Source: Macrostomum hystrix
Taxonomy: Eukaryota; Animalia; Platyhelminthes
Length of the DNA: 64,000 nucleotides
Direction: 5' to 3'
NCBI GenBank assembly: GCA_950097015.1
Contig: CATNEN010000025.1
Location: 1,302,001 to 1,366,000 of the forward strand
This document shows, in pieces, positions 46,201 to 58,186 of the stretch. The first letter of the stretch is position 1; each line of letters begins with the position of its first letter. The translations under genes and the position numbers were made by a program. Below the pieces are notes generated by a model. The model was given only the letters and a program-made list of their open reading frames with translations. It did not search any database and was not told where the DNA came from.

Positions 46201-48605
46201 ATTCTGGCTGGCGTGAAATAAAGCAGTTCTGTGCGGCTATTCTGTGGGGTTTGGATGCTAACCAATATGTTTGGAAAAATAAATTCCATTGCTGACACGC
46301 GGCTGTCAACCAGTGTCCGAGAGAGTCATTAGGTGTGCAGTCCCCACCTGCTAGTGTGCCTGACACACAACACCTGAACTGGCCCTTGGGTCTAGTGTCA
46401 ATTATTATTATTATTATTAATTGGCTGATAAGCAAAAATAATTTGAGACACAAACTTCAAATCTGAATGACTGTCCTTTTGCAGCTTGTTAATTATTTTA
46501 TCTTACGAATGATAGAGGTTCTTGTGGTAGCACTAAAACCCCTAATAACTTCGTTATAAGTTATAACTCAGTTAACCGGACAAATAATCAAACTAATATT
46601 TAATATATAAAACTTTTGAATAGATATAGGCCTAACCCTAACCTAGACTTTTAGGTTACACTTTAGCTTTTGTCTTTATTTTAAACCTTAAAGATTTCAG
46701 ATGCTTTTCAATCTCCACTTTGTAATTTTGATGCTTTAAAACCTGACATGTTTGGCCATAGATAGAAAAAAACAAAGATTTCATAGAACTTTTCTAGAAC
46801 TGTGATTCTATCATTGCTGTACCAGCTAAAGTAACAGGCTGGAAAGCTAGTACCAGCACTAAGAGTAAACACAGCAGTAAAATATTTATAATTCAAGGCT
46901 ATTGATACAGTGATTTACATACCGAATAAATTAAAAACTAAAAAATAACTAAAACGATACATTTTAGTTAGCTATTGCTGTATCAAAGGAACTATTTTTT
47001 ATTATATTATCCATTTAATTCATGATGCAGTCTACAGAAACAGATTAAGTCTTTAGCTAGAGAGCGATCCAGCAACTAATGAGTGCGCTATTATATTTCG
47101 CTAAGAATTTTTAGGTAAGGTCTCAGTTGAATGTTCTTGCTGACCATACATGTACCTACTAGGCCTACGAGGCAGCGGGGTCATTCTCAAAATTATGTAC
47201 CGAGAAGGCATTAACAAAAAAAATATTTTTTTCACTATCTTTATCGTTTTAAAGTGTGCTGCGAGGATTCAATCCTTTTGAGAGTTTTCTAAACGTTTAA
47301 AAAATGAAAAAAATGGCGTTTTTACTGCATTCTTATGTTGTTTAAAATCACAAATAAATTTTTTGCTAAGTTTTAAATTTTCCGCGCATGCGCATTTGCC
47401 ATAAATTTTCACGACTGCAAGCTTAATTATGATAAAATATTAAGTACTACTCCCATCTAATGAATTTAAAAGTAATCTAAGCTAAAATGACTATTAAATT
47501 TATGCCACTAAGTGCTGTGACTCAGCTTTTTTCGAAGTATTTCATTTGAAAACTAAAAGGTAAATAAATTCTGTGAGGTATTGAAGCTCCATTTTTGAAA
47601 GCGAATAAAATAAAAAGACAGAAGCAATTCGCATTCTCTTATAAATATTTATATCACGATACTGTATCTGAATTAATTCGTAATTATTAGCAATATACTA
47701 ATTGTATTTAAAAACAGTAAACATAAAAAATATAAAAATCGACTCGAATGCTTATGCACAACAACACTGTCAAGAAAAAAGATTTCTCGCATATACTGGT
47801 ACCTTAATACATGGAAATATTACAGATATGATGCCACCTTCCTAAGGAATAAATCTACGTGTTTTGAATATTTCTCATTATTATAGAAAATGAAAGATAC
47901 ACCATAATTTGCTTATTGTAACATTTTTTGTGTCTGGAAAGGAGGTTTCATGACAAAAGAAATGCCAAAATAGTGTAAAAATGTGAATTTTTATTGACAA
48001 GACACGCACCTCTGAATTTCATATCATCATTGCTTCATTTTATTACAAGAATTTCCTTGACGGCCAATTAAATAAAAATTGTGCTATATGTATACATTCC
48101 AATTGTTCGAAGCTTCCGGACCTTGGGAAATTTTGAATTTTTTCAGAAAAAATGTACATTAACTATGTTAATTTTATTAGATATAACAAAAAACAATAAT
48201 AAAAGATTTTTCTAAAATAAGACAACTATGTTTAATATACGAAAACTAAAAAAAAATATGCACTTTTTGTATGACCTTATCTAATATCAAAATGTACGTC
48301 AGAAAGCAAAATAATTTACGGTGTTTTTGAAGGCAATAAACAAATGTAAATGCTGGTCCATATTAATGTTATTTTCTGGTTCTGGTTTCTATTTTGCACT
48401 CTACTAGAGACACAGATTAGAATAAATAAAGTTTTTTGCAATTGTCAAAAACTTTTTTACAACACACTATTTCCGAGCATTAATTTGAGAATGACCCAGC
48501 GCCGCAGCAGACAAACGATCAATTGAAATTATACATTTTAACTCACCTTTCGCCATAGAAAAGAATCACACCACCACCAGATGCATGGGCCTTGTTGATT
48601 GACAT
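43231..48605 (-). CDS. WBP2: WW domain-binding protein 2 (GRAM domain plus PPxY motifs), 258 aa
   Basis: Phase-consistent exons 48547-48605, 45031-45133, 44585-44836, 44067-44339, 43231-43320. MSINKAHASGGGV, KGTIFLTSHR, KQPIFGANRIEG, FNRGGAIEFAQ, PPPY motifs, C-terminus PPPAYTEKKPL. Confidence 0.93.
43340..43935. repeat. Degenerate G-rich array containing TTAGGG (GGATTAAGGGTTAG) in WBP2 intron 4
   Basis: Repeated GGGTTAGGGATT variants grading into GAGGATTTATGGTGAGGG. Confidence 0.85.
44361..44545. repeat. 16-bp minisatellite in WBP2 intron 3
   Basis: GTAACTTGCGTTACTT, about 11 copies; GTAAC/GTTAC is self-complementary. Confidence 0.95.
46039..46416 (+). mobile_element. tRNA-derived SINE family C, full length, in WBP2 intron 1
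   Basis: A-box TAGCTCAGTCAG, B-box GGTTCGACTCC, central CAGTCTACTCAGCTGCAAATGAGTACC, (ATT)n tail. Flanked by TTAATTAGCTGATA and TTAATTGGCTGATA. Confidence 0.85.
47178..48497. mobile_element. 1.3-kb non-autonomous DNA transposon with TIRs and 4-bp TSD (possibly Sola2-type)
   Basis: GGGTCATTCTCAAA (47178-91) is perfectly inverted at 48484-97; AGCG on both flanks; AT-rich interior with no long ORF. Confidence 0.75.
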
Positions 48606-48961
48606 ACTTATGTCAGGCTGCTAGTTATAAGTTGTACTGATTTCGTTATCAAAAGCACATACTCTACTGTACAGTTTTCTTTGAAAAATAAGACAAGTAA
48701 AGATTTTATATAATTGCCAAATTATTCAATTATTGATGATAACAAAACATTGTGTATCATAATACTTTTTAAGGTTTAAATCATTTTCTAAACTGTTTAG
48801 TATTGTGATTTTTGCTGTCAAACTTGATTTTTATAACTGCTAAGCGATAAGAAGTATAAATAGTTGTATTAGCACAATTTTAACATAAAAGTTTTTAACG
48901 ATTTTTCAGAACTTTATTCACAAACACGCGAGATATATTAGCATCTGCACCTGCGACTGCA

Positions 48962-51900
48962 ATGTCAGAAGACGAAGGGTGTTTGTGATCTACATAATGA
49001 TTCCGACCAACATCGGCTACGCGTATCCTTTTGCTACTATGAGTTTCGAATTGCTTAATGTCTTCCTTTGACAATTGTTAGTCGATCGAGAGTCTTTCGT
49101 TATTTTCTACACGATGCACGAACGTATAGTCAGCACTGGTTCTAAATCCATTCGCACTTTACAGCTAGCATGTTCTAAAGCTTAATTAGATTTTTTCACA
49201 AAGCAGATTTATTGGTGAAAGGTTCAGCTGTTGGAAATATTTATGTTTTTTAACTAAGCAAACTTTTATACTCTTATATTAAGAAACTAAAATATTAATG
49301 CATAAATTGGTTCATAATTAAAAATCCATCCGAAGCATGCTCCAAGAAAGTATTGTAGCATTTGTCAAGCGGAAGAATTTACAGAAAATATTTTCCTTAA
49401 CACTGATGCTCAATAAAACCAATAGTGAGCGGTTTCTGGCTGCGCAGAACAATGAGATTCTATCAAACAGGTCCGCCCAGTCGGCCCCGGAGGATCAAGA
49501 GTTTGTTTGGGAGCGCGGAAGAAAACTGTCTGCTGACACGAATAAGCGGCGAAGGTGACTAATTAACTGCTTCTGCTTTAGTTCATTATAAACATATAAA
49601 AAATGTCTTAGTTCTCAACAACTTTTTGTCTAACCACACGAATCAAATTCAAAATCTATATCTGCTCCAGACGCCAAGAACAAAAGCAGCGGCGCGAGGC
49701 CGACTCCGAAGAGAAGCGACGCCAGGAAATCCTCGAATTGCGCCGGCAGAAGCTGAAGGAGGCCACGGAGAAGTATCAGAAATGCCGCGGCACTAAGAAA
49801 GCGGTTGAGAAGCATCACCGATGTGAGCTTTGTATTGTTTATACAGTTGCATTCAAACAGATTCTTTATCCTTATCTCCTTGGGATATATTAGGCATTTG
49901 GATACATTAGGTCTATGGATACATTAGGCATATGGATACATTAGGCATATGGATACATTAGGCATATGGATACATTAGGTCTAGGATACACACTCGAACC
50001 AATGCAACTCTCTAATCAATAGCCAATCAACAACCGATTTCTCATAACGCAGCGAGCAGCGCTACCCGACACGACTATGGCTTCAGCAACAGAGAGCTGG
50101 AGGAGACGCTACGGATGCTGCAAGGCAGCGGCGGCCTTCACCGATTTGGCAGTCAAGACGGCCTCAACGGTCGAGGCGGTGGCGGAGGCAGCGGCGGAGG
50201 CTTCAGTTCGCAGCAGCGGACGCAGTCGCCAGCACAGCAGCTGCCACCACAGCACCAGAAGCCGCCGCCTTCGGGTGGAGCGACAGCCACCTTCCTGGAA
50301 AAGTACGGCGGAGGCAGCGGCTCTGGAAGCCGACCGTTGTCATCAACCTCAGAAAGTCGCGGGCAGCAGCCGCAGCAGCAGAATCATCGAAGCATATTCG
50401 AACAGCAGCTTGCAGATTTTCAGCAGAAAAAGTGGGAAAGTCAAAAGCGCTCAATTCGCGACTTTCAGCAGGATCTGGAGTCGACGCTGCATTCCACGAT
50501 GCAACCGGCAGCTGACAGCGACGAGGCCATAGAGGAGGATCCGCTGAATGACAGTCTGGATTCAACACGCACCTACGATAGACCGATGCCCGTAGCAGTG
50601 CCTGAGGCGGCCTCTCCAGTGGCGGTACCAACGGAGAACTTCGAGTCATTCGATTCAACCACCGCACTGAGGCCGGAGCTTTTTCGACCGGCTCCGAACC
50701 TGCAACCTGAGCTGCCGCCGCAACCACAGTTGGTGCCAGAACCCATGGAGCCTGAGCCTCGAGGAATCTTGAAGAAGCAGACTTCCTACAGCTCAGATGG
50801 CGGATCATCAAGCGCTGTTGAGGCTCCTTTATTTCTGCCGCCACAGCACGCTCATCAGCCGCCATCGAGCTTCAGCGACGCCCGAGCAGGTCGTCTACGG
50901 GACAGCGTGGAAATTTCCAGACTCACCCTCAATCATCAACAGCACCAAGAGCTGACACTGGAGCAGCAGCAACAACAACAGCAGCAGGATGAAGCGAGCC
51001 GCAAGAAGAGCGTTCGCTTCGCCGAGACCCTGTTCGAGGAGCAGCTGCTGCATCCGCAGCATTCGGAGCCGCAGCGAGGCGAATCAGCTTCGAGCCGAGC
51101 GTCGCGCCCAACATCTGGCCGACCCGTGGCGCCGCTCCGTGCAGCATCATCGTCAAACACGGATCAGCAGCAGCAAAAGTCAATACAAGCTCACGGTACT
51201 CGAATGCAGCACGCTGGCCGGTCCAAGCTGCTGCAGACCGAAGCGACGCCGCTGAGTATTGAGCCGCCGGTGGACACTGAGACGGCGCCCCCACCGCCGA
51301 GTCCAACCACCGGCGCCGGCGGGGGATTCTTCCCAGAGCCGGAGGCTGAGGATAAAAAGTCGCCCGCTCGGCACCGAGTGGAGGTTTGCATTCCGGACCA
51401 GTCCGTGCCAGAGCAAGCACCGGCCGCTGCCGCCGCAGCCGCAGCTAAGCCGCCTGTTGCGCCAGCGCCATCTGGCCCGGGCTACGCCACTCTGATGTCA
51501 AAGAAGCCGCCGAAGCCGTACAAGCCGCGCCCGAGGCCAGTCAAAGTGACGTCATCAACGCTAAACCGTCTAGTGGCGTCACCGCAGTCAGCAGCAGCGC
51601 CGGTGCCGCCAAACGTGGTGCCGCCCCAGCATCATCACCAGGCTCTATCGCAGCCGCAGATTCGCTCTGGGCCGTTGCCAAAGCGCACCGTGTCGGATCC
51701 GAATCTCAGCCAGCATCAGCAGCAGCATCAACAGGGGCAGCCGATCTCGCTTGACCGCACGCCGACCGATCAGGAAATTGACTTTCTTTGGTCGCAGGTG
51801 CGCGAGTGCCTCAACCGATCTACGAGCAGCCTGGCCACAGAGTCAGACGCCAGCGTTCGCAGCGCCCCGGTGCCTCGAGTGCCGCAGCAGCAGGGCGCTT

Positions 51901-53556
51901 CTCACCTTCTGATCGACGGCTCCAACTTGATGACTCTCGGCGGTGGCTTCGTTGGCTTTGGCGGCTCGGCTCGGGTGCGCAGCGGTTCCGGCCTGCCGCC
52001 TCGGGCCGGCTCCGCTTCGCTGCTCCAGCACCGACATCCGGCGACGGGCCGCTTCCTGCAGCAGCACCAGCTGACCGGAGCGCAGCAGCGTCGCCTGGGA
52101 CTGGCCGGAGCTGCTCGACAGCCGGCCGCGGAGCGGCCTCCGCTCCCGCCGTCGATGGCGACGCGGCAAGCGTTTGGCGAATCAGCTGGACACCTGCAGC
52201 AACAGCAGCAGCAGCAAAATCTTACGGACTCTCGAAGTGGTGGTGCATTTGCGCCAGGTAAGAGTTGGTAGTTTACCCTTCTGAAGGCTGGTCACAAAGT
52301 AAAGAACCGAATCGCTCACCACGAAATTGCAGTGAGCGATTCGCTGGCTGAATTCCTAGCCAATGAGATGGCGCTGAGCTCCGTGGACGGCTCAGGTAGC
52401 AGCAGCCCTCGGGGGAGCGCGGCCAGCAGCCAGCAGTCCGGGCTAGCAGCTGCTTTGCCGGCACGTCCCGGCTCTTCAGTGCGCCGCGGCGTCATGCTGC
52501 GGCATCGGGAGCAGAACTCGCCGCTGTCGCTCAACCTGATGACGCCGCCGTCGCCGCCGCCGCCTCCGCCGCAACAGCCAATAGCGTTTGAAGCTGCCGC
52601 GCCTGTCATGGCATCAAGACAGCGTGAGTCAATCACCTGCTCCTAGTACGAGTAATTAGTCTGTGACCCTTAACCAATGAGATCTCACGAATCTTCTATG
52701 CTAGCTGAATAGGTACACACAGTGCATACCTAGCTAATTATCTAATCCTTCCAGAGCAACAGGCGCGGCAGCCATCGCAGCTCTCGCTGGAGGAGCAACG
52801 GCTGATGAAATCGCTTGAGCGGCTGAACACTAAATTGGCCAGGTGAGCTTAACGTCACGATCATATGATGGTGGTAGCTCATCCTGAGGATCTGGAGATG
52901 GTGGTAGCTCATCCTGAGGATCTGGAGATGGTGGTAGCTCATCCTGAGGATCTGGAGATGGTGGTAGCTCATCCTGAGGATCTGGAAATGGTGGTAGCTC
53001 ATCCTGAGGATCTGGAGATGGTGGTAGCTCAACTTGAGGATCTGGAGATAATGGTAGCTCATCCTGAGGATCTGGAGATGGTGGTAGCTCATTCTGAGGA
53101 TCTGGAGATGGTGGTAGCTCATCCTGAGGATCTGGAGATGGTGGTAGCTCATTCTGAGGATCTGGAGATGGTGGTAGCTCATCCTGAGGATCTGGAGATG
53201 GTGGTAGCTCATCCTGAGGATCTGGAGATGGTGGTAGCTCATCCTGAGGATCTGGAGATGGTGGTAGCTCATCCTGAGGATCTGGAGATGGTGGTAGCTC
53301 ATCCTGAGGATCTGGAGATGGTGGTAGCTCATCCTGAGGATCTGGAGATGGTGGTAGCTCATCCTGAGGATCTGGAGATGGTGGTAGCTCATCCTGAGGA
53401 TCTGGAGATGGTGGTAGCTCATCCTGAGGATCTGGAGATGGTGGTAGCTCATCCTGAGGATCTGGAGATGGTGGTAGCTCATCCTGAGGATCTGGAGATG
53501 GTGGTGAATTAAACTGCATGGTAATTTTTTCGTCCATTCATTCCAGCGATCGATAA
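48962..53556 (+). CDS. CEP126: CEP126/KIAA1377-like centrosomal coiled-coil protein, 963 aa
   Basis: Phase-consistent exons 48962-48978, 49426-49554, 49671-49822, 50053-52257, 52333-52623, 52755-52842, 53547-53556. N-terminal RRQEILELRRQKLKEATEKYQK, central SLDRTPTDQEIDFLWSQVRECL and C-terminal SLEEQRLMKSLERLN resemble CEP126 blocks (from memory). Exon 1 is uncertain. Confidence 0.72.
49895..49992. repeat. 17-bp minisatellite in CEP126-like intron 3
   Basis: GGATACATTAGGCATAT, 5-6 copies. Confidence 0.88.
52866..53505. repeat. 30-bp minisatellite in CEP126-like intron 6
   Basis: GATGGTGGTAGCTCATCCTGAGGATCTGGA, about 21 near-identical copies. Confidence 0.97.
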
Positions 53557-54372
53557 TGGGACGGTGTCAGTTTGAAAACGCGCTAATCCTGCTTTTGATT
53601 TGCAAAATTTATGCTTTATATTGACTCGCTGTGATATCCGCCTCTTGGAATGTTGTCCTTATTATTTTGTTTTCGATCGTAACATTGTGCCTTTGATACT
53701 ACTGGCCAGTCTGCCTATCATGTTTTGGTCAAAATGCACAACTAACTATATATTTGCCTTAATCCACTTCTATTTTACAAAAAAGTGCTTTTCATAAGCG
53801 TGACTTATATTTTCTTGTTGTGCCTTATATTCTGCTTTTGTTTGCAAATACATTTATTGAAAACTAATAATATACTAATTACGATGATACTCATAGAGAT
53901 TCTCATAGAAACTCTGCAATGAGTTTGAACAGTCATGAAGGCTCGGTGCATGCAGAACACGCTACTGCTTTTTTATTTTGAAACCCCTACCTTTTGAGTA
54001 GTACTGGATAAATATTCCCGCGTCCAAGTTTGGACAAGCTCGGAGTATGGAGTGCATAGCAGCTCGACTGAGTCACCATACATTTTACCTGCATTCTACT
54101 CAAAAGCTGAGTCCACCGCACCCCTGTATGCTCACAAGCATTTCTCTTCAGTTTTTCATCTTTCAGTGTGCCATTGTTCATGAACAGAAAAGTCTCCTAT
54201 TCGGCTGTGCATTTCAACCCGAGCTGTGAGCACAAACGTCCACTAGGTTAACTTGTGCGTTTTTTCAGTTTTTTCTTTCCTACTTTGAAAGCAGAAATAC
54301 TGTAAAAAACCAAAAAGACTAGAAAAATCTCGCCAGTAAGCTTGACAGAAAACTCTAACAAAAATTCACACA

Positions 54373-57140
54373 ATGGCGGAAATATTTCAACAGCTGTACA
54401 GCATCAACATTGTGAATTATGTTGGCGTTGAAGACTTCGCCGACAGGCTGAGCTTTCAAATCACAGTGACTTTGCTGACTGTGGGCTGTGCCCTGACAAC
54501 TGGCATGTGCTACATCATGCGACCCGTGGCCTGCTTCATGCCCAACACCTTTGGAGAGTTTTTCGACGGCAAGGTGGATTGATGACGAATTATCGGATTC
54601 ATTTTCGAGCCCTTGTCTATGGCCTGACCTTGCAGGAAGGCTGTGGACAATGGCACATCATTTGGTGACACTAGACCCGCAGCCACAGGCTTTCTCATTC
54701 TCAGGCAGTGTACACTTTCACTGGGTTAGCCCTAAAGGGCGTAAATTGCACGGCAAGCCCTCAAGCCTTCTCTCCGTGGCTGCGCCCCAAATATGGCCTC
54801 GCCGCGGAATCGAAGTTCGGGACATTGGTTCGAAAGGCCTTAGACCGACCGGTCAGCCACTAAACCCCATGGCCTGACCCTATTGATCAAGTACTCTTCT
54901 TTTACACACTCAATCCACAGTGCCGGGGTTAACGCGTCTGCCTCTCGCACCGAGGTCCCTGAGCTCGAATCCGTGTGCAAGGCCGCATTCATTTGGGGTG
55001 CAGCCACGCAGTGGAGGCTTTGGGGTTGTTGTGAAAGGGCGAGTTCTGCACCAGAGAAGTTCACCCTTGAGGGTCAACTCCAAAGGCTCAGTAAAAGTGT
55101 ATATAAAAAAGTCGGGGCATATATACGCAACAGAAAGATAGGAATGAGCGGAATTGGCTCTCGCTGGCTGTGGGTCGACTGTCACCGTGAATAACTTCGT
55201 TCTTGAAATAAATAATTATATCTACAATGGCTACAATAATGTTGAAAATAACGAACATTGTGAACAGGAACTCGCTGGTCAAATAGAGTACACCACAACA
55301 TTTTGCTGGACAGAGGGCACGTACGCTGTGCATCCCAACAACTTCAGCATCGACGCCACAGCCAACGATGGTGGGCTTGGCGCCTACGCAGACCGCAAGA
55401 TTGTGTACTATCAGTGGGTTCCATTCCTGCTGGCGCTCCAGGCGCTGATGTTCTACATGCCCAGAATGCTGTGGCACAGCATCAGCTTCGACCGGGCTGG
55501 CACGGATGTTGGCCACATTGTGAAAATTGCCAGCGACTCCTGCAGGGAAGAAGAGGAGGACAAACACGACAAGCTGCTGACCTACGCGTGCCGCATGATC
55601 GAGGTCATGCTGGACCGGACGCACATGTGTCGCGACGAGATACCGTTGAAACAGGTCAAGAACAAATGCGCCAGGTAGGTCCATTTAATAATATTGTTAT
55701 TGGGTTGTTTTTTCTCAAATAGGAATGTACTGATTGGTTGAGCTGGTGCAGTTGTTGGTTGAGTTGATGCAGTTGTTGGTTGACTTGATGCAGTTGTTGG
55801 TTGAGTTGATGCAGTTGTTGGTTGAGTTGATACAGTTGTTGGTTGACTTGATGCAGTTGTTGGTTGAGTTGATGCAGTTGTTGGTTGAGTTGATGCAGTT
55901 GTTGGTTGACTTGATGCAGTTGTTGGTTGAGTTGATGCAGTTGTTGGTTGAGTTGATGCAGTTGTTGGTTGAGTTGATGCAGTTGTTGGTTGAGTTGATG
56001 CAGTTGTTGGTTGAGTTGATGCAGTTGTTGGTTGAGTTGATGCAGTTGTTGGTTGAGTTGATGCAGTTGTTGGTTGAGTTGATGCAGTTGTTGGCTCAGC
56101 TGATGCACTGGTCGGTGGTTGGCTGACCTGGTGCGCTGGTTGGTGGTAGGACCTGCATGTTCTCGCCGAACATCCGCAGCTGCCTGTCAGTGGCCATGCC
56201 ATCCCGGCTGTCCGGCAGCTGGCTGATGCTCACCTACCTGATCGTGAAGCTGGCCTATCTCGGCAATGTTGTTGGCCAGCTGTTCCTCATGCAGCACTTC
56301 CTGCAGCTGCACGGCTCGCATTACCACCTGCTGGGCATCAGGCTGCTGACTGACATTGTGCGCGGCAGGGACTGGCACAACAGCATGGCGTTTCCACGCG
56401 TCGGCTGCTGCGCCGTCTATTTTCGCAGCGCCGCAGCGGGCAACTGGCAGTTCAGCCAGTGCACCCTGCCAGTGAACATCATCAACGAGAAGCTGTACAT
56501 CTTCCTGTGGTTCTGGTTCGTCTTTGTAGCCGTCGTCACCTTATTCAGCATCGGTGCGTGGATCTACCGAGTCGTGAACGCCAGCCTCACGTGCCGATTC
56601 GTCAAGAAGTACCTCCGACTTGCTGACAATTACACAGAGGAGTTGCGGAACCGCAAAGCCATCCTGCGCGGCTTCACGCACCAGTTCCTGCGTCGCGATG
56701 GCGCCTTTGTGTTGAAGATGATTGCCCTGAATGCCGGCGACGTTGTCTGTGCCGAGATACTTCAGAGGCTCTGGAGCCACTACCTGGCAGATGAAGGATT
56801 CACCGAGCCGAAGCGAGCGGAGGAAGTTTCGCCGGACGGGGTCGGACTGGACGAGACGGATGGGGCGGAGCCGAAGCCGGAGACCGGCATTCTCAAAATC
56901 TCTGTCGACAGGCTGCCGGCGCATCGAGAGACTGCCCGTCAAAGACGCCGCGGGTCGTCACTGGCCCTTGGTACTTTGAAGGCCGAGGCCGCCGCCGCAG
57001 CCATCGCCGACTTTGAAGCTGCCAACGAAGCCAAAGTAGCTATAGAAACTTCCACTCTGCCAACTCGGCGAAGCAGAAGCACACTGAGCCGCGGCGTCAG
57101 CTTCCACCTTGACGACAGGGAGGAGGTGACAGACCTGTGA
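54373..57140 (+). CDS. Innexin (gap-junction protein), 532 aa
   Basis: Exons 54373-54573, 55268-55674, 56150-57140. DFADRLS, CFMP and FCW (loop 1 Cys), the YYQWV signature, FPRVGCC, QCTLPVNIINEKLYIFLWFWF, DGAFVL. Confidence 0.95.
54645..54860 (-). mobile_element. SINE family A, internally deleted copy in innexin intron 1
   Basis: CAATGGCACATCATTTGGTGACACTAGACCCGCAGCC identical to 20079-20115; tRNA-like head on the minus strand. Confidence 0.8.
54915..55130 (+). mobile_element. SINE family A-related copy in opposite orientation
   Basis: GGTTAACGCGTCTGCCTCTCGCACC...GAGCTCGAATCC head and body align to the reverse complement of 20200-20400. Confidence 0.75.
55734..56100. repeat. 21-bp minisatellite in innexin intron 2
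   Basis: GTTGGTTGAGTTGATGCAGTT, about 17 copies. Confidence 0.96.
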
Positions 57141-58186
57141 CACTTGCCGCTGCCGTTCAATGCTTAAACAAGTTGACTTGGCGTAAAGGATACATTGAAT
57201 TTTGGTCATTGTATTCGTGCAGCTTGCATTATACTAGCAGTGGCTGGGCAATCGGAGTGAGTGAAAAACAGGACGTTGATGTATATTTATTGTTACAAGG
57301 ACAATGTCATTTAAGCTATAGTTTTAGCAGGTACATCATTATGACATTTAATGTTTTATTCCATTACGATACAGCACTCCCATCGCTATCCCTTTAGCAC
57401 ATCAACACACACTATATACTTGTATGTGCGTCGCCGACACATAAATATACGAAACCCGCTATATTAGCTTATCGAAATCCCTCGGAAACTGTACAGATCA
57501 GAGATATCCGATGCCTTTGCACTTTGGCAAGCAAATCTAAGCCAAAATCTTAATTTGTTTTTCTAAATTTATCTGCTCTTTGTACTTGCGGGCCTCTAGA
57601 AAAGATCGAGAAGCATTTTTGGTACATTTTGCCCACTCTCCATTTATTTATGTCATTTCTCTGTGAATTCGAACTCGTGTCCATCGGTGCGTTATCAAAG
57701 CTTGCAAGTTAGAAGTTCACATGTGAACTGAAACAATGAGGAGTTCAGTATCCTGCTCAAAGACAACAGCAATACCTGTACCTACCTTTCTATTGAGCGA
57801 AAATTCATGCTACTTATAACAACGCTTGTGTCAGCTGTGGTCTTCTTGGCTTGTGCAAACATTTCTATCAAGCAGCTAGTAGCAAGAACAATATCAAAGA
57901 GATGAAGTGCCGCACTATCATTATTTCCAGAGCTGTTCTCAAACTAATCACTTGTGTAAACACTGTCTGAGATGGCGGTGTTGTCACAGTGTCAGACTGA
58001 GATTAACCAGGGATTAACTAGGATTAACAGATTTCGCGCCTGATTTGATTAAAAGCTACTGTTTTTGCATTGGAAGCGTGTGAGAGAAGTAAGAAGCATT
58101 TGAGAAGATAATTGATTTAGATTGACAATTATTCTGCGGTAGATAGGCAATATAAATGTTCTGACAATCTGTATCTGCTTGAGCAG

